DNA from: Spirochaetota bacterium
GTDB taxonomy: Bacteria; Spirochaetota; UBA4802; UBA5368
DNA length: 59,466 bases
Direction of reading: 5' to 3'
Assembly: GCA_025457965.1 (NCBI GenBank)
Contig: JALOTJ010000015.1
Location: forward strand, 1 to 59,466
This document shows positions 28,313 through 37,911 of the stretch, in pieces; position 1 is the stretch's first letter, and each line of letters begins with the position of its first letter. Under the pieces are notes generated by a model that saw nothing but the letters and a program-made list of their open reading frames with translations, was not told the DNA's origin and searched no databases. The position numbers and the translations under genes were made by a program.

Positions 28313-30346
28313 ATGAAGAGGATAACGGCGATTGGACTTGCGGCGTTTGTCGCCCTCTCGATCTCATGCGCTAAGAAAACTGAGAATCAGTCGAGGGCGG
28401 TGGTCACGTTTATCATAGGAGAGGTGCAGGTTTTTAAAAATAATGCATGGGGCGGTGCCGAGGCGGGCGCCGAACTCTACCAGGGTGATCGGATCAGGAC
28501 AAATCCGGGAGCGACGGCCGACATACAGATCGGTCAGAGCGTCGTGCGCGTCAAGGAGAAGAGCGAGCTCGCCCTTGCCGCCCTTTTCATGGACCGGTCC
28601 ACGGGCGCGGAAAATACCTCTCTCGAGCTTGCGGTGGGAACGGTGCTCGCAAAGCCGCGTAAGCTTGTCAAGGGCGAAAGTTTCATGGTGAAGACCCCCA
28701 CGGCCGTCGCCGGTGTCAGGGGGACCATGTTCATGGTCGAGTCGAACGCCGCGATGGACACGCGCGTTGAGGTCGTTGACGGCAAGGTCCAGGTTTCCAA
28801 GCGCATTGCCGCTATCGAAAACATCGACAGCGATGCGGTGAGGGACTCCGAGGCGGTGAAGAAGATCGAGGCCCACATCGAGGAGAGCTCGGTGACCGTT
28901 ACGGAAAACAAGGCCGTGAAGGTTGAGGCGAGAGAGGTCGCGAAAGTCAATACACAGGTCGAAAAAATGGTGCTGGCCGTTGCCGCAGTGGAAGAGAAGA
29001 GGGTCGACGCTCCCCCCGTTGAGATAGCCAGGGTCGTGAATGAGATTGCTGCGGTAAAGGCCATTACGGCCAGCGAGGTGCGGGACGACACGGCTTTAAA
29101 AAAGGAATTCGAGGAGATGAAGCTCGTCGAATTAAAGGAGCCGGTTAAAGAGGCTCCCATTGAGAAGGGACGCGTAGAAATTTCCGTGAAGCCGGAAAGT
29201 GCGCTCGTCTATCTCAACGGCGAAATGGCGGGTTCGGGCGATATCTCCCTCGAGCTTTCTCCCGGGGCCTATTCCCTGAGGGTGGAGGCCGAGGGGTACG
29301 AGATTTTCCAGAAAGATGTAGTTCTCGCGGCTGACAGGCCGGTTAAGGAAAAAATCGAGCTCGCGCGCCTGCGTCCGCTCGACAGGGTGCGCTGGAACCT
29401 CGACGTTAAATCCCCGGTAAAAGAGATGGCGTATTCGGGCAGAAGGGTGTTCGTCGCGACGGGGGACGGCATGCTCCTGGCTTTTGAACGGGATAACGCC
29501 GCGAAGTCATGGGGAAGAAAAACCGGACCCGTTACATCGGGCCTGGCGCTGGGCAATAATGTTCTGTATTTCGCCACCGCGGACGAGAAGCTCAATGCCG
29601 TTTCAATGGAAACCGGTGAGCCGCTCTGGAGCGAGAAACTGGCCGGTGCCGTAATCGACACAATGACGGCCGTGGTCACCCCGGCCGCCGTGTATATCGC
29701 GACAACGAAGGGGATGGTTTATTCCTTTAATTTGAAAGGAAGGGAAAACTGGAAATTCAACGCCGGGGCGGGGGTTTTCGAAACCCCCATGCTGGTAAAC
29801 AACCGCATCCTGGTGTCAGGAAGCGATGGCAGGCTCCATTCGCTCGCCGCACAATCCGGAAAGGAACAGTGGGCGGTCGATGTTGGTGCGAAATTCAGGC
29901 TCGCGTTCCAGCGGGGTACGCTCTATGCGGTCAGCTATTATGGATCGGTATCCGCGCTTGAGATGGAAAAGGGCGCCGAGCTGTGGAAGAAGGAGCTCGC
30001 CGATACGTTTGTCACCGCTCCGCTCGTGTTCGAAAATCGCATGGTCGTGGCCGGCATGAAGGGCGCCGTTACCTGGCTGAACCTCGACAACGGTTCCGTC
30101 ATCGCGAAGAAAGCCCTGGGAGGGGCCGTCCGGAACTCTATGGCCCTGAGCGGAGGAGTTCTTTACATATCAGCAAACGATACGCTCTTCGCGATAGACG
30201 CCTCCGGCGGGGGCGTACAATGGAAACACCAGGCGAAGGGAAGGATCAGCACTTCGGCGAGCATAGTCGGCAACGAGGTTTATGTGGGGCTCGACAACGG
30301 GCGGGTGGTATCTCTGAATCGAAACATCGAAAGGGGCAGGCAGTAG
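28313..30346 (+). CDS. lipoprotein with FecR domain, PEGA domain and PQQ/BamB-like beta-propeller (paralogue of the preceding gene)
   Basis: Lipobox LSISC. FecR core VKTPTAVAGVRGTMFMV. PEGA-like VEISVKPESALVYLNGEMAGSG...YSLRVEAEGYE. Multiple propeller blades. Confidence 0.7.
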   Translation: MKRITAIGLAAFVALSISCAKKTENQSRAVVTFIIGEVQVFKNNAWGGAEAGAELYQGDRIRTNPGATADIQIGQSVVRVKEKSELALAALFMDRSTGAENTSLELAVGTVLAKPRKLVKGESFMVKTPTAVAGVRGTMFMVESNAAMDTRVEVVDGKVQVSKRIAAIENIDSDAVRDSEAVKKIEAHIEESSVTVTENKAVKVEAREVAKVNTQVEKMVLAVAAVEEKRVDAPPVEIARVVNEIAAVKAITASEVRDDTALKKEFEEMKLVELKEPVKEAPIEKGRVEISVKPESALVYLNGEMAGSGDISLELSPGAYSLRVEAEGYEIFQKDVVLAADRPVKEKIELARLRPLDRVRWNLDVKSPVKEMAYSGRRVFVATGDGMLLAFERDNAAKSWGRKTGPVTSGLALGNNVLYFATADEKLNAVSMETGEPLWSEKLAGAVIDTMTAVVTPAAVYIATTKGMVYSFNLKGRENWKFNAGAGVFETPMLVNNRILVSGSDGRLHSLAAQSGKEQWAVDVGAKFRLAFQRGTLYAVSYYGSVSALEMEKGAELWKKELADTFVTAPLVFENRMVVAGMKGAVTWLNLDNGSVIAKKALGGAVRNSMALSGGVLYISANDTLFAIDASGGGVQWKHQAKGRISTSASIVGNEVYVGLDNGRVVSLNRNIERGRQ

Positions 30347-30347
30347 C

Positions 30348-31232
30348 TCACGAGGGTCGTTTCGTATAGCAGAGGCCGCACGTGAGGCAGTTGGCCCTGT
30401 CGCAGACCGGAAGACAGGGCCGGCCTGCCGGCTCGATTTCAGGCGGAAGATCGCGCTCGATAGGGGAGGGCGAATTCGCGGCGAGGAGGGCAGCCCCGTA
30501 GGCGGCGGTGATTTTGTTCGCGCTCGGGACCACCACCGGAAGATTGAGTCGTTTTTCAAACGAGCGCCTCATGGCCTCCATTTCGGAAACGCCTCCGCAG
30601 AAGAGCACCGGGCCGATGACGTTCATCCCTGAACCGAGGTCATTGAGGAAGTTTTCGCTCACCGCGTCGAAGAGCCCCGCGGCGATGGATTCAGCGCTCC
30701 AGCCCCTCTGCTGCAGGTTTATCATTTCGGTTTCAACGAAGACCGTACAGCGCCCGGTGAAGCGCGCGGGACGCTCCGACCTGAGTGCAAGTGTCGAAAG
30801 CTCCATCGGAGTGATGCCGAGCCGGTGGGACTGCTGTTCAATAAAGGCGCCCGTACCCGCCGCACAGACCGAATTGAGCCTGAAGTCGCGGATCTCGCCC
30901 TCTTCAAGCGATATCAGCTTTGAGTCCTGCCCGCCTATCTCGATAATGCTCCCGGCGTCCGGCATGAGCGAACGGACCGCTTGCCATGTGGCGGTTATCT
31001 CGTTTTTCACAAGGTCGGCATTCAGGCAGTCTCCAATAAAGTTCCTGCCCGAACCGGTGACGCACAGCGAGCGATACCGGCCGAACCCTGCATCGCGTGC
31101 CCCCCGGCACAATTCCGCGGTTGTACCGGCGGGATCGCCGCGATGGTACCGGTAGTCGGCGTGGAGTATTTCGCCGCCGTTGGTAACGACCAGTTTTGCG
31201 CTGATCGATCCTATGTCGATTCCAATATACAT
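30348..31232 (-). CDS. BadF/BadG/BcrA/BcrD-family ATPase (2-hydroxyacyl-CoA dehydratase activator-like)
   Basis: MYIGIDIGSISAKLV, EIGGQDSK, NSVCAAGTG, GRCTVFVETE, GGVS. There is an extra Cys-rich C-terminus (CLPVCDRANCLTCGLC). Confidence 0.8.
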   Translation of the reverse strand: MYIGIDIGSISAKLVVTNGGEILHADYRYHRGDPAGTTAELCRGARDAGFGRYRSLCVTGSGRNFIGDCLNADLVKNEITATWQAVRSLMPDAGSIIEIGGQDSKLISLEEGEIRDFRLNSVCAAGTGAFIEQQSHRLGITPMELSTLALRSERPARFTGRCTVFVETEMINLQQRGWSAESIAAGLFDAVSENFLNDLGSGMNVIGPVLFCGGVSEMEAMRRSFEKRLNLPVVVPSANKITAAYGAALLAANSPSPIERDLPPEIEPAGRPCLPVCDRANCLTCGLCYTKRPS

Positions 31233-31598
31233 GCGTTTCCCCGGGTATGACCGGCACCAACCGGCCTAAGGTAACTCTCGCGGACCGCCGTATATGATCA
31301 AGCATAATATGCCGGTAAGGTGCCATGCTTTGCCATAAATCAGGCGGTTTATTGATTGATTGTGGCCACAAGGGGGAAAATCGATTCGCCGAGCCGTATC
31401 GGCGGTAAATAGCGGACCATGTACCGGTCAACAGATCGGAATGTGATAGGTTTACACCTCATGCAGGCATGTTTGCCCGGCGGCAGTTGCGTTGTGGTAG
31501 GACTTTATTCGGTATTTTCCGCGGAACACGCAGAGATAAAGGGATGCGGGGAAGGGGAAGTATTCGGATCGGGCGGCAGGTTTGACCGTAAAAAAAGC

Positions 31599-31626
31599 TT
31601 GAAAACGAAAAGGCGTGGTTTATTAT
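31599..31626 (+). promoter_or_regulatory. sigma70-like promoter candidate for the che operon
   Basis: TTGAAA (31599-31604), 16 nt spacer, TATTAT (31621-31626), about 50 nt upstream of cheW. Confidence 0.35.
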
Positions 31627-31673
31627 AGAAGGGGAAACAGGCCGATTATATCACAGACGGGCGGTTTTGGCAA

Positions 31674-32216
31674 ATGAATATTAACGAACTGACGCAGATG
31701 GTAAACAGGGTGACGGCGGTGACCGCCGGAGACGGTGCCGACTCGGCCGTTTCGGAAGGCGAGATTGTACAGATCGTGAGTTTTATGCTGGATGACGTGG
31801 AATATGGAATTAATATTCTTCAGGTGCATGAAATCATCAGGATGCCCGAGATAACGCGGCTTCCCAATACCCCGGAGTATATAAAGGGGGTCATCAACCT
31901 CAGGGGGTCCGTAATACCGGTCGTCGATATGCGCCTCCGCTTCGGCCTGCCGCAGGGAACTATCACCGACCTTACGCGCATCATCGTGGTGGAAACCGGC
32001 GAGAAACTGGTGGGGCTGCTGGTGGATAACGTCTACCAGGTTATTCGCATGCCCGGTAGAAACATAGACCCCCCGTCGGACCTGATAGAAGGTATATCAG
32101 ACGAGTTTATCAGGGGCATAGGACGTGTTTCCGGACGTCTTGTCGTTATTCTCAATCTTGACAGCATTCTCTTCTCGCGCTCCGATGGGGAGAAAACGGC
32201 CTACGGTTATATGTAA
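31674..32216 (+). CDS. cheW: chemotaxis coupling protein CheW
   Basis: IVSFMLDDVEYGINILQVHEIIRMPEITRLPNTPEYIKGVINLRGSVIPVVDMR. Confidence 0.9.
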   Translation: MNINELTQMVNRVTAVTAGDGADSAVSEGEIVQIVSFMLDDVEYGINILQVHEIIRMPEITRLPNTPEYIKGVINLRGSVIPVVDMRLRFGLPQGTITDLTRIIVVETGEKLVGLLVDNVYQVIRMPGRNIDPPSDLIEGISDEFIRGIGRVSGRLVVILNLDSILFSRSDGEKTAYGYM

Positions 32217-32296
32217 TACTGGCCGATGCGGTGCCCCGCCGGATTCGTACCGTCGGGGGGAGCGGACGATTCTACAATAATGCGCGGGGTGCGGCC

Positions 32297-35200
32297 ATGA
32301 CGTTTTCCTTGGGTGAATATCAGGACATTTTCCTTGAAGAGGCTGACGAACAGCTTCAGGAGCTCAACCAGAACCTTCTTGAGCTCGAAAAGAATCCCGA
32401 CAATGACGACATTATCAATAATATTTTCAGGGCGGCGCACTCTCTTAAGAGTTCAGCGGCGTTTGTCGGCCTTAACGATCTGAGCGACCTGGCCCATAAG
32501 ATGGAAAACCTGCTGCAGGGGATCCGGGACAAGACCATGCAGGTGACGCCGACGATCGTGGACGTCCTGTTCAGCTGTTTTGACGTAATAAGCTCGGTCA
32601 TCGACACGGTCGGTTCGGGTAAAAAACCCGAGCAGGACCTTTCTGAGATCATCGCACGGATCAGGGATATCGGCGAGGATGTAGCGGCGGCATCGCCCGC
32701 GGAACGCCCGGGGAAGGCCGCGCCCGAGATCGAGAACATCCCAAAGACGAAGCTTACCGCCGCGCAGATGCGGCAGGTCAAGGACGGGCTTGAGAGCGGC
32801 ATATCGTGCTGCGAGGTGATCGTTTTCGTCGATCCGTCCGCTCAGATGAAGTGGATCAAGGCGCAGCTTGTCCATGCCAACCTAGAGAAGATAGCCGCGA
32901 TCGTGGCGTTGATGCCGTCGCTGGACGCGCTTCGCGAAAATAACGAGAGCGATGTATTCAAAATGGTGATCCTCACCACGGCCGCGGTGGAAGACGTGCG
33001 CAGGGCGTGCGGGCTCGACCAGGTTATACGGATAGATCTTAAAAGGATAAGCCTGAGTAAAAACAACGACAAGATGGTGCTGAAATTTCACGAAAAGGAA
33101 ACGCTGTTCAGCGAGGAGGTGAGGGAGGGTGGTACCTCGGCCGACTATCTCGCGGAAAAGGAAGTGGATGACGACGAAGAGGAAGAATACAAGATAGAGA
33201 CTATCCGAAGAAAGGACGGTAGGAAGACCACAGCGATCAAGATAGTAAAGGTCTCCGTGGACAAGCTCGACCTGCTGTTAAACAACGTTGGAGAGCTGGT
33301 CATCGCCAACTCCGGTTTTTTCCGCCTCTATGAAGAAATGCGCAAGGCGAATTTCGACAAGTCCATTACTAACGAATTCAAGAACCGCATGGACCAGATG
33401 TCCCGGATCGCCAAAGACCTGCAGGGCGGTATCATGAAGACGAGGATGGTGCCCGTGGGCCAGGTGTTCTCCCGGTTCAACCGCCTTGTTCGCGACCTCG
33501 CCAAGGAGTTCGGGAAGCTGGTGACGCTGCAGATCAAGGGCGAGGAAACCGAGCTCGATAAAAAGGTCATCGATGCAATCGGCGAACCGCTGATGCATCT
33601 TATCCGGAACGCGATCGATCACGGGGTCGAGACCGCCGAAGAACGCAGGAAGCTCGGCAAGCCCGACGTCGCGATGGTGGCGCTTAACGCCTACCAGTCG
33701 GGTAACCAGATATTCGTGGAAGTGAGCGACGACGGCCGCGGGCTTAATGCGAGCCGGATCAAGAAAAAGGTGCTCGAAAAGGGGCTGGCGTCACCGGAGA
33801 TGCTGGCGAACATGGACAACGAGGAAGTGTATAATTTTATCTACAATCCGGGTTTCTCGACCACCGATGTCGTGACCGATATCTCCGGACGCGGCGTCGG
33901 CATGAACGTCGTAAAGGAGATCGTCTCCGAGCTGAATGGTAATGTGACCATCGAGACCGAGCCTGGAATGGGGACGCGATTTTTACTCTCCTTCCCCCTG
34001 ACGCTGGCCATCATACCGGCGATCATGGTCAAGGTGCGCCATGAGCTGTATGCCATTCCGCTTTCCGACGTTATCGAGACCATCAAGATCTCGTACGCCG
34101 ATATGACGACGATCGAGGGGCACGAAGTCATTAACCTTAGAGGGGAAATCCTTTCGCTTCTGCGGCTCAACGAGTTCGTCGGGACCGAGAGCGGTATAGA
34201 GGACGACCGCAAAGTGCCCGTGGTCGTTGTGGGCTATGGGAACAGAAAGATCGGCCTCATCGTAGACCATCTCGAAGGCAAACAGGAGATCGTGATCAAG
34301 TCGCTGGAACAGAATTACGCCAATGTGGAGGGACTCTCCGGCGCGTCCATCCTGGGTGACGGCAGCATTTGCCTCATCCTCGATATCGCCTCCATGATAA
34401 ACAGGGTGATTACGGACCAGGACCGGCTCTCACGGATGCAGCGCCAGCGGGTTGTGGGGCAGAAGTCCGCGCAGGTCGAGGAAATCAGGGAAATCACCGA
34501 CCTCCAGCGTTCCGCCACGGAGAAAAGGGAGAAGGACCTTCGGGAACCTGCCATTAAAAAAGAAACGGCGGCTCCCGCTCCCCGGGCGAAGGATATATCT
34601 CAGCGAAAGGAGGCCGTGCGGACCGAGAACGCCCCGGTCGAAAAGATAAAGGAAGATATCATATTCGAGCGCCGGGATACGATTCCTGCCGCACCGTCGA
34701 AGGCTGTTCCGGCTTCCGCACCGGCGAAAAGCGCCATGAAGGCCGGGGAGGACGAATCGGCGATCGAGGCGAAGGTGCGTGACGTCCTCAGATCGTTCAA
34801 GGATGAGTTGAAAGACAGTATACGGACCACCGTCGAGAGCGGCGAGCCCGACGGCCATATAAAGAAGTCGCTGGGCATTACCGAGGAGGACATGGAGCGC
34901 GTGCAGGTGCTCGCCAACGTGGGTATCACCAATGCCGCGGAATCGCTGTCGAAGATACTTGGCAAGCAGATAGACCTTTCCATCCCCACGGTCGAACTCC
35001 TTCCGGTTGAAAAGGTCCCGGAGAATTTTGGCGAGGTTGATAACGTCTATATCGGCGTCTATATGCCGCTGGTGGGCGACATTAAAGGTACGATACTTTT
35101 CGGGCTTGCGGAGGAGGCCGGTTTTGAACTCATCGACATGCTGTACGGGATCGAAAGCGGCAAAACGCGCGAGCTCGACGAGGACGGCGAATCGGCCCTT

Positions 35201-35467
35201 AAGGAAGTGACGAACATCGTGGGGTCCTCCGTGGTCAACGTCATCTCCGAGAAGACTGCGATAGCGATTAAGCCCACGGTGCCGACCGTCGTGCATGACT
35301 TTATGCAGTCGATTCTGGATTCGATCCTGGTACTGCACAATATATCCAACGATTACGTTCTGGTGATGGACACGGAATTCTACTACCAGAACGACAGGGT
35401 CATCGGGAAGCTCATGGTGCTCCCCGAGACGGAGTCGCTGAAGAAGATTGTAGAACGGTTGAGATAA
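32297..35467 (+). CDS. cheA: chemotaxis histidine kinase CheA with a C-terminal CheC/CheX-like phosphatase domain
   Basis: Hpt (FRAAHSLKSSAAFVGL), dimerisation domain, HATPase (HLIRNAIDHG, DDGRGL, GRGVGMNVV) and a CheW-like P5 domain. After a linker of about 170 aa comes a 197-aa CheC-like domain (34874-35464). Start set to the ATG at 32297. Confidence 0.9.
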   Translation: MTFSLGEYQDIFLEEADEQLQELNQNLLELEKNPDNDDIINNIFRAAHSLKSSAAFVGLNDLSDLAHKMENLLQGIRDKTMQVTPTIVDVLFSCFDVISSVIDTVGSGKKPEQDLSEIIARIRDIGEDVAAASPAERPGKAAPEIENIPKTKLTAAQMRQVKDGLESGISCCEVIVFVDPSAQMKWIKAQLVHANLEKIAAIVALMPSLDALRENNESDVFKMVILTTAAVEDVRRACGLDQVIRIDLKRISLSKNNDKMVLKFHEKETLFSEEVREGGTSADYLAEKEVDDDEEEEYKIETIRRKDGRKTTAIKIVKVSVDKLDLLLNNVGELVIANSGFFRLYEEMRKANFDKSITNEFKNRMDQMSRIAKDLQGGIMKTRMVPVGQVFSRFNRLVRDLAKEFGKLVTLQIKGEETELDKKVIDAIGEPLMHLIRNAIDHGVETAEERRKLGKPDVAMVALNAYQSGNQIFVEVSDDGRGLNASRIKKKVLEKGLASPEMLANMDNEEVYNFIYNPGFSTTDVVTDISGRGVGMNVVKEIVSELNGNVTIETEPGMGTRFLLSFPLTLAIIPAIMVKVRHELYAIPLSDVIETIKISYADMTTIEGHEVINLRGEILSLLRLNEFVGTESGIEDDRKVPVVVVGYGNRKIGLIVDHLEGKQEIVIKSLEQNYANVEGLSGASILGDGSICLILDIASMINRVITDQDRLSRMQRQRVVGQKSAQVEEIREITDLQRSATEKREKDLREPAIKKETAAPAPRAKDISQRKEAVRTENAPVEKIKEDIIFERRDTIPAAPSKAVPASAPAKSAMKAGEDESAIEAKVRDVLRSFKDELKDSIRTTVESGEPDGHIKKSLGITEEDMERVQVLANVGITNAAESLSKILGKQIDLSIPTVELLPVEKVPENFGEVDNVYIGVYMPLVGDIKGTILFGLAEEAGFELIDMLYGIESGKTRELDEDGESALKEVTNIVGSSVVNVISEKTAIAIKPTVPTVVHDFMQSILDSILVLHNISNDYVLVMDTEFYYQNDRVIGKLMVLPETESLKKIVERLR

Positions 35468-35474
35468 GGGGCTC

Positions 35475-36527
35475 ATGCCGCAGAAGATAAAAGTTCTGGT
35501 AGTCGATGATTCTGCGCTGGTAAGGAAGATCGTTTCGGATATTTTGCAGAAGGACCCCGGTATCGAGGTTGTTGGGACGGCGAATAACGGCAAGACCGCC
35601 ATCTTTAAAAACCAGACGCTGAACCCGGACGTCATCACGCTCGACATAGAGATGCCCATCATGGATGGGCTCGAGGCCCTGCGTCAGATTATCGAGACCA
35701 ATCCGAAGCCGGTCATCATGATGAGCGTTCTGACCCAGCATGGGGCCGAGGCCACCTTCCGGGCGCTTGAATACGGTGCGGTTGATTTTATCCCGAAGCC
35801 CTCCACGGCGCTTTCGATTTCGGTGGACGAAATTTCCGACCTGCTCATACGGAAAGTCAAATCGGTCTACAAGTCAAAAATCAAGCTTCATCCCGGCGGG
35901 CCCCCCGAGCCCCGGGAGCCTGAAGCGCGAAAAACGGAAGCCCCGCGGTCCCGGGAACCGGGCAAGAGGGTGGTGGCCATCGGTACATCGACCGGCGGCC
36001 CGTCGGCGCTTCTGCAGGTATTCCAGAAGCTGCCGTCCGATTTTGGCTCACCCGTGCTGGTGGTGCAGCACATGCCCGAGGGATTCACGCGTGCTTTCGC
36101 CGAGCGGCTTAACATGAATTCAGGCCTGAACGTCAGGGAGGCCGAGGACGGTGACAGGGTGCGTCCGGGTTTCGGGTATATCGCGCCCGGGCATTCGCAT
36201 ATGCGGATAGAGGCAAACGCCGGCGAGAAGGTTCTGAGGGTATTTAAGGGTGAGAAGGTTTCCGGACACCGCCCGTCAATCGACGTTCTGTTTGATTCGG
36301 TCGCGGAATCCTGTGGAGGCGATTCCGTTGCGGTGATAATGACGGGAATGGGAAAGGACGGTGCCGACGGTATATCCCGTATCCGGAAAAAGGGGGGATA
36401 CACGATCGCCCAGGACGAAGATACATCGGTAGTTTACGGGATGAACAGGGTTGCGGTCCAGGCCGGAGCGATCGACAAGGTCGTTTCGTTGTACCGGATC
36501 GCCGAAACGATTCTGGAGCACGCCTGA
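35475..36527 (+). CDS. cheB: chemotaxis response regulator protein-glutamate methylesterase CheB
   Basis: REC domain (VLVVDDSALVRK...TLDIEMP) plus methylesterase (IGTSTGGP, VVQHMP, MTGMGKDGA). Confidence 0.92.
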   Translation: MPQKIKVLVVDDSALVRKIVSDILQKDPGIEVVGTANNGKTAIFKNQTLNPDVITLDIEMPIMDGLEALRQIIETNPKPVIMMSVLTQHGAEATFRALEYGAVDFIPKPSTALSISVDEISDLLIRKVKSVYKSKIKLHPGGPPEPREPEARKTEAPRSREPGKRVVAIGTSTGGPSALLQVFQKLPSDFGSPVLVVQHMPEGFTRAFAERLNMNSGLNVREAEDGDRVRPGFGYIAPGHSHMRIEANAGEKVLRVFKGEKVSGHRPSIDVLFDSVAESCGGDSVAVIMTGMGKDGADGISRIRKKGGYTIAQDEDTSVVYGMNRVAVQAGAIDKVVSLYRIAETILEHA

Positions 36528-36656
36528 ACTGTATCGCGGCGGACGGAATTATTTGCGCGGGTATCGTAAATTATTCTTGAACACTTTATCGGTCGTTTGT
36601 AGACTGTGATGCCGAGAGTATTGCGGACGCTAATGCCTTGAATATGGAGTGGGGAA

Positions 36657-37016
36657 ATGGCTACAATCCTTATTGTTGATGATGCGAAATTCATGAGGAC
36701 GCTTGTGAAGGACGCCCTGGTGCCAAGAGGACATGAGGTGATAGGCGAGGCGGAAAACGGCAATCAGGCGGTCGAGCTCTATAAAAAGATGAAGCCTGAT
36801 CTGGTTACCATGGACATCACGATGAGGGAAAAGGACGGTATCCAGGCAGCGGAGGAAATCCTGACCCTTGATCCGAAGGCCCGGATTATAATGGTAACGG
36901 CGCTGGGCCAGGAAAATCTTCTTACACGGGCGATAAAGATCGGCGTAAAGGATTTTGTCGTTAAACCCTTTCCTCCCGAAAGACTCCAGAAGGCCGCCGA
37001 AAAGGCGCTGGCCTGA
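36657..37016 (+). CDS. cheY: chemotaxis response regulator CheY
   Basis: ILIVDDAKFMR, LVTMDITM, MVTALG, DFVVKPF. Length 119 aa. Confidence 0.9.
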   Translation: MATILIVDDAKFMRTLVKDALVPRGHEVIGEAENGNQAVELYKKMKPDLVTMDITMREKDGIQAAEEILTLDPKARIIMVTALGQENLLTRAIKIGVKDFVVKPFPPERLQKAAEKALA

Positions 37017-37076
37017 ACCGATAAACCGGCACGCCATAGCGGCGGCCGGGCCCCGCTTGACGAAGCATACAGCACA

Positions 37077-37100
37077 GGGCGGAGAGGAGGCTCTCCGCCC
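37077..37100 (+). terminator. 10-bp GC hairpin after cheY (weak U-tract)
   Basis: GGGCGGAGAG / GAGG / CTCTCCGCCC, followed by GTCATTATAAAG. Confidence 0.35.
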
Positions 37101-37132
37101 GTCATTATAAAGAGGTAACGGTTTTTTCCCTC

Positions 37133-37894
37133 ATGCAGGAAAACGAAAAAGAGTCCATCCCCGGGAAGGACGATGGCCGTCCGGTCATACACATCGAAAA
37201 CTTTGACGGCCCGCTCGATCTCCTCTGGGGCCTGATCAAGAAGGCCCGGATCGAAATTACGGATGTATCGATTTCGAGCATTACCGAACAGTATATAGCC
37301 TATCTCAAGCTGATGGAGCAGATGAACATCCAGGTGGCATCCGATTTTATCGTCATGGCGTCAGAACTGCTGTACTACAAGTCGAAGGCGCTTCTGCCGG
37401 GCGGGGAACTGGAAGACGAGTATTTCATACCGCCGTTGCCGCCCGAACTGGTGCAGCGGCTGCTGGAGTTCAAGAAGTACCAGGACGCCTCCAGGAGTTT
37501 CCGGCGCATGTTCGAGCTTCAGGCCGACGCCTACTCGCGCGTCAATCCCGTTGAAACCGGGGGAGCCGAGCCAGAGCTGATCGAGGTGTCGCTTTTCGAT
37601 CTGCTGAGCGCTTTCGCTGAGGTGATGGATTCGACCCGGGAGATCGAGCAGAAGGAAATTGTATTTGACGAAATACTGGTGAGCGACAGAATCGCGCTCA
37701 TTACCGAATTGCTGAAAGAGAAAGAGCAGGTTCTCTTCGCGGAGATCTTTACTCAGAAGCCGTCCCGGGCGGAGATCGTGGCGACCTTCCTGGCAATGCT
37801 CGAGATGGTTAAAACTGGAAAATTGAAGATAATGCAGCACCGGGTGTTCGGGGATATCCGCCTGCTCCGTGCGGAAGCGGAACAACCGGCGTAG
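37133..37894 (+). CDS. scpA: segregation and condensation protein A
   Basis: FDGPLDLLWGLIKKARIEITDVSISSITEQYIAYL. It lies next to scpB. Confidence 0.88.
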   Translation: MQENEKESIPGKDDGRPVIHIENFDGPLDLLWGLIKKARIEITDVSISSITEQYIAYLKLMEQMNIQVASDFIVMASELLYYKSKALLPGGELEDEYFIPPLPPELVQRLLEFKKYQDASRSFRRMFELQADAYSRVNPVETGGAEPELIEVSLFDLLSAFAEVMDSTREIEQKEIVFDEILVSDRIALITELLKEKEQVLFAEIFTQKPSRAEIVATFLAMLEMVKTGKLKIMQHRVFGDIRLLRAEAEQPA

Positions 37895-37911
37895 GACGAA
37901 CCGGATGTGAT

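Noticed and set aside
31641-31648. Sigma-28 (FliA) promoter upstream of cheW, based on GCCGATTA resembling the -10 element GCCGATAA
   Set aside because: No TAAA -35 element lies at the required spacing of about 15 nt. Only the sigma70-like candidate was kept, at low confidence.
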